DNA of 48,506 nt from the NCBI GenBank assembly GCA_036336835.1, contig JAYZFK010000017.1, positions 1-48,506 of the forward strand, in the 5' to 3' direction. Source of the stretch: Myxococcota bacterium. GTDB taxonomy: Bacteria > Myxococcota_A > UBA9160 > UBA4427. Of the stretch, positions 29,386-38,436 are shown piece after piece (the stretch's first letter is position 1; the number at the start of each line of letters is the position of its first letter). A program made the translations under genes and the position numbers. Under the pieces are notes generated by a model. It was not told where the DNA came from. It did not search any database and was given only the letters and a program-made list of their open reading frames with translations.

Positions 29386-32310
29386 ATGGGGCGGCGGAGT
29401 CGTCCGTCGAGCTGGGGCTTGTCGGTGACACCGCTTCGGACTGCAATCGTCTTCGCCCTCTCGGGGGCTGCCGCCCTGATCTTCGAGGCGCTCTTCTTCC
29501 GCCTGTGCGGCCTGATCGTGGGCAACGGGGTCGAGGCGGTCGCGATCGTGCTGTCTTCCTTCATGCTCGGGATGGCACTGGGCAACGGCTTCGCGGCGCG
29601 ACTGGGCGACCGGATCGCGCGTCCCTTCCGCGCCTATGCGTGGCTCGAGCTGGCGACTGCCGCATCGGGGCTGCTGCTCGTCCTGGGGCTGCCCGTCCTC
29701 CCCTCGCTGCTCGCTGCTGTACTGCGTCCGTTCCTCGATGCGCCGTTGCTGCTCAACGCGATCCGCGGGCTCACGGTCTTCGTGCTGGTGATGCTGCCGT
29801 CGACCGCGATGGGCGCGACGCTACCGATCCTGGTGCGCGCGCTGTCGGCCCGCGATCCGAACTTCGGTGGCGTGCTCGGTCGGCTGTACGGCTGGAATAC
29901 GCTTGGTGCGGTGGCGGGCGTGCTCGCAGTCGAAGGCGTCCTGCTCGGCGCGCTCGGCGTCAGGGGAAGCGGGCTGTTCGCGGCATCGCTGGATGTGTTG
30001 GCTGCGCTCGCCGTGCTCGTGCTCGCAAGCGGCGAGACGCCGCTCGCTCCGGTCGCGCGCGATGCTGCTTCGCCGAGGGCGACCGCGCGGCGTCGACTCG
30101 TGCTCGCGGCGGCCTTCGCAGCCGGGGGCTCGCTGCTCGCGCTCGAGGTGGTCTGGTTCCGTCTCTTCGTGCTGCTGCAGGACGCGTTCGGCTGGAACCT
30201 CGCGGTGATGCTCGCGATCGTGCTGGCGGGAATCGCCGCCGGCGGCCTCTGCGCGTCGCACTGGTTCCGCCGGCAGCCGGATGCGCAGCGCCACGCGCCC
30301 GTGATCGCGCTGCTGGCGGGCACGCTGGTCGCCGTCTCCTACAGCGAGCTCGGCGGCCTGCTGGCGGCCGGCGTACCGAAGTGGATCGAGTGGCTGTACT
30401 TCGTGCTCACGTTCCCGGTTGCCTTTCTCTCGGGGGTGCTGTTCCCGATGCTGGGACGGGCGCTCCAGGCGCGGGGCGTTCCCGAGTCGCGCGCCACCGG
30501 GTACACCACTCTCGCCAACACGCTCGGCAGCGCGACCGGGTCGTTCGTCGCCGGCTATCTGCTACTCCCCGTTCTCGGCATCGAGCGCTCCTTTTTCGCG
30601 CTGGCGGTCGGCTACGGTGCGCTCGCGGTCGCGCTCGCCCTGGCCGTTCGCGAGCGCGGCGAGCGGCGCCCGCGCTCGCTGGTCTGGGCGAGCCTGGCGT
30701 GGGCGGTGGCGCTGATCAGCTTCGGGTTCGGCAGCTTCGAGTCGCGCATCCTGTCGGCACCGGGCAGTGTCGCAGGGCAGCTGCAGGAGGCGGGCTACCA
30801 GCGCGCCGTGCTGCGTGACGGGCTCACCGGCACCCTCCAGTACTTTCGCAAGGATCTGCAAGGCGAGCCGTACGAGTGGGCGCTGGTGACCGACGGCCAC
30901 AGCATGGCCGGCACGACGCTCTTCGCGCGGCGCTACATGAAGCTGTATGTCTACTGGCCTGCCGCGGTGCATCCAGATCTCAGGGACGCGCTGCTCATCA
31001 GCTACGGCGTTGCCAATACGGCGCAGGCACTGATCGAGCAGACGTCGCTCGAGCACATCGACGTCGTCGACATCTCGCGCGACATCTTCGAGATCGCCGG
31101 TATGCGTTTTTCCGCAGGCGAGGATCCGCTGTCGGATCCACGTGTCGAGGCGCACGTCGAAGATGGCCGTTTCTTCCTGCAGACCAGCTCGCGCCGTTAC
31201 GACCTGATCACGGCCGAGCCCCCGCCGCCGCGCGTGTCCGGTGTCGAGAATCTCTACTCGCAGGAATACTTCGAGCTGATCCGGGAGAGGCTGCGCGAGG
31301 GCGGCATCGTGACCTACTGGCTTCCTGTCTATCAGTTCGATGAGTCGGAAGCGAAGTCGGTGATGAAGAGCTTCTGCGCGGCCTTCGAGAGCTGCTCCCT
31401 GTGGATCGGGACGGGTCTCGAGTGGATGATGGTCGGGCTGAAGGAGCCCTACGCCTCGCCCACGCTCGAATCGTTCACCCGCGGGTGGCGCGATCCCGCA
31501 ATGCGCGCTCGGCTCGAGGACGTCGGGCTCGACGAGCCGTATCAGCTCGGCTCGCTCTACATCGCGGACGGGGAGCGGCTGCAAACCTGGATCGGAGACG
31601 CCGATCCGCTCGACGACGATCACCCGCACCGCATCGCGCCCTTCGCGGACGCGAGTCTCCGGGAGATGCAGAGCCGCTACGACGCGTTCATGAACTCACC
31701 GGAGACCGCGGAGGCCTTTCGCGCCAGCGAGATGGTTGCGCGCCTCTTCCCCGCAGAGCTGCGCGACGCCACGATCGCCTGGCTTCCGCACCAGCGACTC
31801 ATCGAGATGTTCCACGGTCGCGGTCCGCGCGAGACGCTCCTGGTTCTCCACCGCAGCCTCGACGACGACCGTTTCGCCGCCTACCGCGGGTGGCTCTTCG
31901 GGATGGACTCCGTCGCCCGCGAGATCCTGGAGGACGTCGACTGGGACGCCGCGCTGCGCGGCGAGCTGCCGATCGATGTGAATCGCCGGCTCGCGGGTCT
32001 GGCACTCGAGCGAGGCGATCTCGCGCTGGCGGGGTCGTTGCTCGACGCCGGTCGGCGCACGCCCGAGCAGCGGCGCGGCAGTGACGCGCACGTGGCGGTG
32101 TATCTCCGACTGCGCATGGGCGACCGCGATGCGGCTTTCGCACGTCTTGCTGAGATCGCCGTCGCGTCGCGCGACGATCCGGAGGCGGCCCGGGCGGTGC
32201 GCGTGTTCTGGAGGGACGCCCGCGCCTGGCTCGATCTGGACGAGAGCTTCGCGCAGGCCGTGGAACGCGGCCTGCACGTTCGCCAGGCGCAGCGAGCCAC
32301 CGCGCAGTAG
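29386..32310 (+). CDS. Multi-TM membrane protein fused to spermidine-synthase-like SAM-binding domain
   Basis: FALSGAAALIFE, MGATLP, LYGWNTLGAVAG and repeated TLANTLGS; C-terminal IDVVDIS, EDGRFFL, YDLITAEPPPP, NLYSQEYF. Start 29386 or GTG 29425. Confidence 0.8.
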   Translation: MGRRSRPSSWGLSVTPLRTAIVFALSGAAALIFEALFFRLCGLIVGNGVEAVAIVLSSFMLGMALGNGFAARLGDRIARPFRAYAWLELATAASGLLLVLGLPVLPSLLAAVLRPFLDAPLLLNAIRGLTVFVLVMLPSTAMGATLPILVRALSARDPNFGGVLGRLYGWNTLGAVAGVLAVEGVLLGALGVRGSGLFAASLDVLAALAVLVLASGETPLAPVARDAASPRATARRRLVLAAAFAAGGSLLALEVVWFRLFVLLQDAFGWNLAVMLAIVLAGIAAGGLCASHWFRRQPDAQRHAPVIALLAGTLVAVSYSELGGLLAAGVPKWIEWLYFVLTFPVAFLSGVLFPMLGRALQARGVPESRATGYTTLANTLGSATGSFVAGYLLLPVLGIERSFFALAVGYGALAVALALAVRERGERRPRSLVWASLAWAVALISFGFGSFESRILSAPGSVAGQLQEAGYQRAVLRDGLTGTLQYFRKDLQGEPYEWALVTDGHSMAGTTLFARRYMKLYVYWPAAVHPDLRDALLISYGVANTAQALIEQTSLEHIDVVDISRDIFEIAGMRFSAGEDPLSDPRVEAHVEDGRFFLQTSSRRYDLITAEPPPPRVSGVENLYSQEYFELIRERLREGGIVTYWLPVYQFDESEAKSVMKSFCAAFESCSLWIGTGLEWMMVGLKEPYASPTLESFTRGWRDPAMRARLEDVGLDEPYQLGSLYIADGERLQTWIGDADPLDDDHPHRIAPFADASLREMQSRYDAFMNSPETAEAFRASEMVARLFPAELRDATIAWLPHQRLIEMFHGRGPRETLLVLHRSLDDDRFAAYRGWLFGMDSVAREILEDVDWDAALRGELPIDVNRRLAGLALERGDLALAGSLLDAGRRTPEQRRGSDAHVAVYLRLRMGDRDAAFARLAEIAVASRDDPEAARAVRVFWRDARAWLDLDESFAQAVERGLHVRQAQRATAQ

Positions 32311-32354
32311 CCGGGTTGGACAGACGCGCTGGGCTTGCGCAGACTCCTGAATCC

Positions 32355-33758
32355 GTGGCCAGCCCGGACGGCTCGTTCGAACCCGCATCCGCTGCGGCTC
32401 AGCACGCCTCGCTGGCGTGGGTCGCGCTCGGGTTGCTCCTGTTCGCGGGCGCGGCGGCGCTTCGAGTCCACAACGCGTACGCGCTGTTCATCGACCACGG
32501 CTTCGACGAGAGCTTCAACTGGGAGTACATCGAGCAGCTCACCAGGAGCTGGGCCCTCCCCGATCCCGAGAGTCTGTGGTCGGGCGCGAGGCCGCCGCTG
32601 TTCTTCTACCTGTCGGGGGCGGTCGCCCGCGTCTTCGGCCCGCTGCAGGTGCCCTCGGTTCACGCGATCCGGCTCGCGAGCAGCGCGTTCGGCCTGCTCG
32701 CGATCGGCTTCGCCGTCTGGTCGCTGCAGCGCTGTTCGCGGGCCGATCCCCTGCGCGTCGCACTCGCCGCCGGCTTGCTGCTGTTCGTCCCGGCGCACAT
32801 CTACCTGAGTGCGATGGTCAACGAGGAGATCGCCGTTGCAAGCTGGACGACGCTCGCCCTGGTGGTCGCCCTGTGGGAGCAGCGGGCCGGTGGCGGGCGC
32901 TGGGCGAGCTGGGCGCGGGTCGTCGCGATCGGCATCTTCGGCGGGCTCGCCTTCCTGACGAAGCTCACCGGCTGCCTCGTGGTGATGGCAATCGCGAGCT
33001 CGTTCGTGCTCGACGGCTGGCGTCGCGGCGCCCTGCGACCCGCGCTCGCCCGAGCGGCGACGCTCTCGCTGATCGCGCTGCTCGTCGGCGGCTGGTTCTA
33101 CGCGCGCAGCTACCTGCTGCACGGCTACCTGTATCCTCACTCTCTCGACGCGCACTCGATCATCCTCAGCATGCCGCCCGGCGAACGCTCGGTGCTCGAC
33201 TACCTGCGCTTCTCGCTCGGGGCGTTCACCGATACCCGCGTCAACTCGCCGGGCCTGCTGCACTCGGTCTGGGGCGGGACCTATGTGACCTGGTGGTTCG
33301 ACGGCCATCGTCACTTCGTTCCGCGCGTCGACCCGGTCGTCGACCGGATGGGGCTCGCGATCCTGCTGCTCGCGTTGCTGCCGACCGCCGCAGCGGTGGC
33401 GGGCGCGGTGCGCGGGGTCGGGCGGGCGCGGGCCAGCTCGAAGGCGCTCGATACGCCGATGCTCGCGCTCGTCGCATTCACGCTCGCCGGCTACGTGCTC
33501 TACACCTGGACCAACCCGTGGTTCGCGTGCGTGAAGGCGAGCTACCTGCTGGGCCTCGGGCTGCCGTACGCCTGGTGGGCGAGCGAGCGGCTTGCCAGCT
33601 GGTGCCGGCGTTCGCGTTGGCTTGCGGCGTGGATCGGGCTCGACCTCACGCTGCTGCTCGCGGCGATCGTGGCGACCTTCACCTTTGCGACGCCGCTCTG
33701 GGAGATGACGCTGGGAGTCCATCTGCCCGGGCTGCCCTGGCTACCCGATCAGCGCTGA
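32355..33758 (+). CDS. GT-C fold (ArnT/PMT-like) membrane glycosyltransferase
   Basis: DHGFDE acidic loop after TM1, RPPLFFYL, AIRLASS, VNEE, GLAFLTK, many TM helices. Start uncertain (32316-32355). Confidence 0.72.
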   Translation: MASPDGSFEPASAAAQHASLAWVALGLLLFAGAAALRVHNAYALFIDHGFDESFNWEYIEQLTRSWALPDPESLWSGARPPLFFYLSGAVARVFGPLQVPSVHAIRLASSAFGLLAIGFAVWSLQRCSRADPLRVALAAGLLLFVPAHIYLSAMVNEEIAVASWTTLALVVALWEQRAGGGRWASWARVVAIGIFGGLAFLTKLTGCLVVMAIASSFVLDGWRRGALRPALARAATLSLIALLVGGWFYARSYLLHGYLYPHSLDAHSIILSMPPGERSVLDYLRFSLGAFTDTRVNSPGLLHSVWGGTYVTWWFDGHRHFVPRVDPVVDRMGLAILLLALLPTAAAVAGAVRGVGRARASSKALDTPMLALVAFTLAGYVLYTWTNPWFACVKASYLLGLGLPYAWWASERLASWCRRSRWLAAWIGLDLTLLLAAIVATFTFATPLWEMTLGVHLPGLPWLPDQR

Positions 33759-33771
33759 GCCCCTCGCGGCC

Positions 33772-33822
33772 GACCCAGAAGAAGGTGCTCGCCGCGCCGC
33801 CCCAGCCGAAGGTGCCGTGAGA
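33772..33822 (-). pseudogene. Relic fragment of a beta-lactamase-family serine hydrolase
   Basis: Intergenic minus-strand frame reads SHGTFGWGGAASTFFWV, matching the GxF/YGWGGAAxTxFWVD C-terminal motif of that family; no flanking homology visible. Confidence 0.6.
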
Positions 33823-33866
33823 CACCCAGCGCGATACGTCTGTGCATGTTCCCTCCCCGGATCCGG

Positions 33867-35240
33867 TCAGTCCGCGTAGCCGATCGCGCGCAGCGCGGCC
33901 TTCATCTCTTCGCTCACCTTGGCGCTGTCGGCCTCGAGGCCCGCGGTCCGCTCGTGGCTCGCGCGCTCGAGCAGCCGACGGCGCACGAGCTCGGCACGCG
34001 CTTCGGGTTCGTGCGATCGATCGCGCAGTTCGCCGGGGTCGCTCGCCAGGTCGAACGCCTCGACGAGCTCGAGGCCCGCGCCCTGCGACACGATCCACTT
34101 TCGGCCTTGCTCGATCGTCGCGTGATAGCGCCGTCCCTCATGGGCCAGTCGGCCGTCCCAGCTCGACGCGTCCGACTGCAGCAGCGACCGGCCCGAGCCG
34201 ATTTTCGCGGCCTCGAGTCCCGCCAGCGCCAGCAACGTCGACGGAAGGTCGACGGCGGAGACATTGCGCGGGTCGCGGCGCGGCTCGATGCCGGGTCCGG
34301 CGAGCACCAGGGGAACGCGCACCAGCTCGTCGTACAGCGAGTTCTGGTGCGCCCAGGTCGCGTGCTCGTAGAACGCCTCGCCGTGATCGGACACGACGGC
34401 GATCACGCTGTCGTCGAGCTGGTCCCGCCGCTCGAGCTCATCGATCAGCGCACCGAAGCGATCGTCCCAGAACGCGACTGCTCCGTCGTAGGCGTCGACC
34501 AGGTCCTGCCGATCGCGCGCCGGCAGCACGTGCCCCGTGACCGCGCCGGCGACACCCGGCTCGAGCTGCCAGAGATTGGCCAGCTCCACGGCGCTTGCGC
34601 CGGGGGGCCTGAAGCGCGCGTGGAAGGCGGGCGGCGGCTGATACGGCCAGTGCGGCTCCATGTAGTGGACGTGCGCAAACCACGGGCGCTCCGGGTCGCC
34701 GCCGTCGAGCCACGCGAGCAGGCGCGCGTTGAGCGCCGCCGCGCCCGAGCGCTGGGCCCAGTCGCGCACGGTGTCCTCGCGCAGCGCTCCGTCGCTTCGC
34801 TCGCTGCCGCTGGCGTAGTCGATCACCGCTTCGTAGCCCTGCGCGAAGCCGAACGGACGCGAGATGTACGGATTGTCCGAGAACAGCGCCGTTCGGTAGC
34901 CGTTGGCCCACAGCACCTCTGCGAGCGTGGTCGCCGCCTCCGGTAGCCGGGCCTCCACAGTCTCGACGCCGTGCGCGGGCGCCGACAGGCCGGTCAGCAG
35001 GCTTGCCATCGACGGCTTGGTCCACGACGACGACGCCCGTGCGTCCTCGAACACGATCCCGGTGCGCGCGAAGGCGTCGAGCCGCGGCGTCGTCTCGCGG
35101 GCGTAGCCGAGCAGCGACGTGTGGTCGGCACGCAGCGTATCGACGACGAGCAGCAGCACGTTGGGCCGGGCCGGCTTGGCCGGGCTGCAGCCCGGGGCCG
35201 CCGCGACGAGCAGCACTGACAAGGCGGCGATCCAGCCCAT
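33867..35240 (-). CDS. Sulfatase/alkaline-phosphatase superfamily lipoprotein (non-canonical WTKPS motif)
   Basis: GGAGGAGG RBS; lipobox AAPGC; PNVLLLVVDTLRAD, SSWTKPSMASLLTG, HYMEPHWPY, SDHGE, LYDELVRVPL, LRAIGY. Confidence 0.88.
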   Translation of the reverse strand: MGWIAALSVLLVAAAPGCSPAKPARPNVLLLVVDTLRADHTSLLGYARETTPRLDAFARTGIVFEDARASSSWTKPSMASLLTGLSAPAHGVETVEARLPEAATTLAEVLWANGYRTALFSDNPYISRPFGFAQGYEAVIDYASGSERSDGALREDTVRDWAQRSGAAALNARLLAWLDGGDPERPWFAHVHYMEPHWPYQPPPAFHARFRPPGASAVELANLWQLEPGVAGAVTGHVLPARDRQDLVDAYDGAVAFWDDRFGALIDELERRDQLDDSVIAVVSDHGEAFYEHATWAHQNSLYDELVRVPLVLAGPGIEPRRDPRNVSAVDLPSTLLALAGLEAAKIGSGRSLLQSDASSWDGRLAHEGRRYHATIEQGRKWIVSQGAGLELVEAFDLASDPGELRDRSHEPEARAELVRRRLLERASHERTAGLEADSAKVSEEMKAALRAIGYAD

Positions 35241-35344
35241 ATCCTCCTCCCGGCAGCTTGGACGAGCGGAGGTGGAGTCTACCCGCGACGGGGTCGCTGG
35301 TAGGGACGCGGGCCTTGGTCGGGGAATCATCCATCTGCCAATTT

Positions 35345-35362
35345 ATCATCTGATCAGATGAT
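35345..35362. promoter_or_regulatory. 18-bp perfect AT-rich palindrome, probable repressor operator
   Basis: ATCATCTGATCAGATGAT between the divergent sulfatase-like and VOC genes. Confidence 0.6.
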
Positions 35363-35413
35363 GAGCGAGCAGATTCGGCCGATGCTCCGGGGGGCGTGCC
35401 CAGGGAGGATCCA

Positions 35414-35842
35414 ATGAGCGTTCGACTCGAGCACGCGAACCTGTGCGTTCGCGACGTAGACGGAATGGCCCGCTTCGTACGGACCGCCTTCCCGGAGTTC
35501 GAGGTGCGGGGTGAGGGCAAGACGCTGCTCGGCGCCCGCTGGCTCCACGTGGGGACCGACGACACGTACGTCGCGCTGCAGCAGGCCTTGCGGGAGGCTG
35601 ACGAGCCGTGGGTGCCCTACTCGCAGAAGCCCGGGACCAACCATCTGGGGTTCGTGGTGCCCGACGCCGAGGCGCTGCGTCAGCGGATGCTCGCGGCGGG
35701 CTACCGGGAGTCGACGGTGCCCAACGACCACCCGCACCGCCGGCGCGTCTACTTCCACGACCCCGAAGGCAACGACTGGGAGTTCGTCGAGTACGCGAGC
35801 GACGATCCGACGGAGCGCAACGACTACGCGCTTCCCGACTAG
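35414..35842 (+). CDS. VOC/glyoxalase family protein
   Basis: GGAGG RBS; LEHANLCVRD, NHLGFVV, YFHDPEGNDWEF. Confidence 0.9.
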   Translation: MSVRLEHANLCVRDVDGMARFVRTAFPEFEVRGEGKTLLGARWLHVGTDDTYVALQQALREADEPWVPYSQKPGTNHLGFVVPDAEALRQRMLAAGYRESTVPNDHPHRRRVYFHDPEGNDWEFVEYASDDPTERNDYALPD

Positions 35843-35891
35843 TGCGGGGTATGTCAAGCTGGCGGCCTCTTCTGCGGGAAAGGAGGCCCCC

Positions 35892-37550
35892 ATGGCCGAG
35901 CTCGATGGCGCAACCCTGATCGCGCGCAGCCTGAAGCAGCAGGGTGTCGAAACCATGTTCGGCATCGTTGGCTTCCCGGTGTTCCAGATCGCCTCGGCGG
36001 CCCAGCAGGCGGGCATCCGCTACGTCGGGATGCGCAACGAGCAAGCCGCCAGCTATGCCGCCGCCGCCGTCGGCTACCTGACGGGTCGCCCGGGCGCCTG
36101 CCTGGTCGTCTCGGGACCGGGCGTGATCCACGGCATCGCGGGGCTCTCGAACGCCTGGGCCAACTGCTGGCCGATGATCCTGATCGGCGGCGCCTGCGGC
36201 ACCTACCAGGAGGGGATGGGTGCCTTCCAGGAAGCGCCCCAGGTCGAGTCGACACGTCTGTACACCAAGTGGTCCGCGCGTCCAGACTCGGTGCGCCGCA
36301 TCCCGAGCTACGTCGAGCAGGCGGTGCGCACCAGCATCGCGGGCCGTCCCGGCGCGACCTACCTCGACTTCCCCGACGACCTGATCACGGGCACCGTCGA
36401 CGAGGCCGAGGTCGCGTTCCCGCCGCGCTGCCCGGACCCGCCGCGACCGGTGGCCGAGGTGTCGGAGGTCGAGCGCGCCATCGAGCTGCTGCGCGGCGCG
36501 GAGCGCCCGCTGGTGATCATCGGCAAGGGCGCCGCCTACTCACACGCCGAAGCCGAGGTGCGCGCCTTCATCGAGGCGACCCAAGTGCCGTTCCTGCCCT
36601 CGCCGATGGGCAAGGGCGTGGTGTCGGACGCACATCCGCTGTCGGTCGCACCCGGGCGCGCGCTGGCGCTTCAGCAGGCCGATCTCGTGGTGCTGCTCGG
36701 CGCCCGCCTCAACTGGATCATGCACTTCGGTCTGCCGCCGCGGTTCGCCGCGGACGTGAAGACGATCCAGGTCGATATCGCGCCCGAGGAGATCGGGCGC
36801 AACGTGCCGGCCGAGGTTGGGCTGGTGGGCGATCTGCGCGCGGTCGTGGGCCAGCTGAACGAGGCGCTCGAGCGCAAGCCCTACACGCTGGCGGCCGACG
36901 CCGCCTGGCGCGGCGCGCTCGCCGAGAAGGTCGAAGGGAACAAGGCCTCGGTGCGCGCCATGATGGAAGACGAGAGCGTCCCCATGGGCTACTACCGCGT
37001 CCTGCGCGAGATCCAGCAGCAGGCGCCGGCGGGCAGCATCATCCAGGCCGAGGGCGCGCAGACGATGGACATCAGTCGGAGCGTGCTGATGCACGACGAG
37101 CCGCGTCTGCGCCTCGACGCCGGCAGTTTCGGCACCATGGGCGTCGGCCTCGGACAGGCGATCGCCGCCGCCGTCGTCCACCCCGAGAAGCGGGTGATCT
37201 GTGTCGAGGGAGACTCTGCCTTCGGCTTCAGCGGCATGGAGGTCGAGACGGCTTGTCGCTACAAGCTGCCGATCGTGTTCGTGATCGTGAACAACAATGC
37301 CATCGGCGGCGGCGTCGAATCGCTGCCCGAAGACCCGTTCGCGGCGCCCCCGAGCGGCTACACCATCGACGCCGGCTACGAGAAGATGATCGAAGGCTTC
37401 GGCGGCAAGGGCTATCTGGTGCGGACGCCCAGCGAGCTCTCGAGCGCGTTCAAGCAGGCCCTCGACGATGACATGCCGAGCATCGTCAACGTGCTGATCG
37501 ATCCCAACGCACGCGGCAAGCCGCAGAAATTCGCCTGGCTGACGAGGTAG
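35892..37550 (+). CDS. ThDP-dependent 2-hydroxyacyl-CoA lyase / oxalyl-CoA decarboxylase family
   Basis: AGGAGG RBS; MRNEQAASYAA, GAFQE, ARLNWIMHFG, LDAGSFGTMGVG, GDSAFGFSGME...NN, C-terminal KPQKFAWLTR. Confidence 0.92.
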   Translation: MAELDGATLIARSLKQQGVETMFGIVGFPVFQIASAAQQAGIRYVGMRNEQAASYAAAAVGYLTGRPGACLVVSGPGVIHGIAGLSNAWANCWPMILIGGACGTYQEGMGAFQEAPQVESTRLYTKWSARPDSVRRIPSYVEQAVRTSIAGRPGATYLDFPDDLITGTVDEAEVAFPPRCPDPPRPVAEVSEVERAIELLRGAERPLVIIGKGAAYSHAEAEVRAFIEATQVPFLPSPMGKGVVSDAHPLSVAPGRALALQQADLVVLLGARLNWIMHFGLPPRFAADVKTIQVDIAPEEIGRNVPAEVGLVGDLRAVVGQLNEALERKPYTLAADAAWRGALAEKVEGNKASVRAMMEDESVPMGYYRVLREIQQQAPAGSIIQAEGAQTMDISRSVLMHDEPRLRLDAGSFGTMGVGLGQAIAAAVVHPEKRVICVEGDSAFGFSGMEVETACRYKLPIVFVIVNNNAIGGGVESLPEDPFAAPPSGYTIDAGYEKMIEGFGGKGYLVRTPSELSSAFKQALDDDMPSIVNVLIDPNARGKPQKFAWLTR

Positions 37551-37649
37551 TCGCCCGGCACGATTGGGCCTCCGGCGCCGTCCACACCGAGTGCGCGGCG
37601 CCGGGAGTTTCATGCATCGGGAAGCCACCCACCACAGGAGGAAGCGTTC

Positions 37650-38411
37650 ATGGCCTCTCCCCAGATCAACCCCGGCGAAATCGCCAGCTGGCCCGTCCTC
37701 AAGATCCAGTACCGCACCGATGCGGACAAGCTCGCGGCGCTGCTGCCGCCCGGGATCGATCCGGGGGCGGAGCCAAACGTCTTCCTGCACATCTACAACT
37801 ATCCCGTGCCCGACGAGCCCGAGTACGGGATCGTCGTGTCGGTCGAGGCGGACTACCGCGGCACCCGGGGTCGCTACGCGCTCGGCTACGGAATCGATCA
37901 GGAGTCGGCGATCTTCATCAGCCGCGACATGAACGGCCAGCCGAAGTATCCGTGCCAGATCGCCTACTACCGGATGGGCGATCGGGTGAGCGCACGGACC
38001 ACGCATCAGGGCTACACGTTCGTCGAGTTCGAGGGCAAGACCACCGGTCCGGCGGAGCAGCCCGACTACGAGCAGCACGAGTGGTGGATCAAGGTCTCGC
38101 GTGCCGTCGGCGGCGCCGAGAAGAGCTACGACTTCGCGCCGCACGTCGTGCACGTCCACAGCGTCAACCAGACCGTGGCCCGCGAGAACGTCGAAGGCGA
38201 GCTGGTGCTGCGTGACAGCCCGTGGGATCCGATCGCCGAGCGGCTTCCGCAGCGCGAGCTGGTCTCGGCCTTTCTCGACTGGTCGGCTTTCACGAGCCGC
38301 ACGATCACGCTCGAGGGCGCCCTCGACCCGGACGCCTACTGGCCGTTCTCGGACACCATCGGCGGCTCGCGCTGGCCGGGCCAGCGGGGAGGGCCCCATC
38401 GTTCGCGCTGA
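37650..38411 (+). CDS. Acetoacetate decarboxylase family protein
   Basis: AGGAGG RBS; YRTDADKLAALLPPG, SRDMNGQPK with the Schiff-base Lys, LRDSPWDPI. Confidence 0.8.
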   Translation: MASPQINPGEIASWPVLKIQYRTDADKLAALLPPGIDPGAEPNVFLHIYNYPVPDEPEYGIVVSVEADYRGTRGRYALGYGIDQESAIFISRDMNGQPKYPCQIAYYRMGDRVSARTTHQGYTFVEFEGKTTGPAEQPDYEQHEWWIKVSRAVGGAEKSYDFAPHVVHVHSVNQTVARENVEGELVLRDSPWDPIAERLPQRELVSAFLDWSAFTSRTITLEGALDPDAYWPFSDTIGGSRWPGQRGGPHRSR

Positions 38412-38436
38412 CGCCGCAGGAACCTGAAGCGCCGCG

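Noticed and set aside
33750..33848. 32-aa minus-strand ORF (MHRRIALG...) with a good RBS
   Set aside because: Atypical codon usage; the recognisable protein motif is in another frame, so treated as gene debris.
37572..37603. GC hairpin CCGGCGCCG/CGGCGCCGG between the HACL-like and ADC-family genes
   Set aside because: No convincing U-tract and no riboswitch features recognised; not called a terminator.
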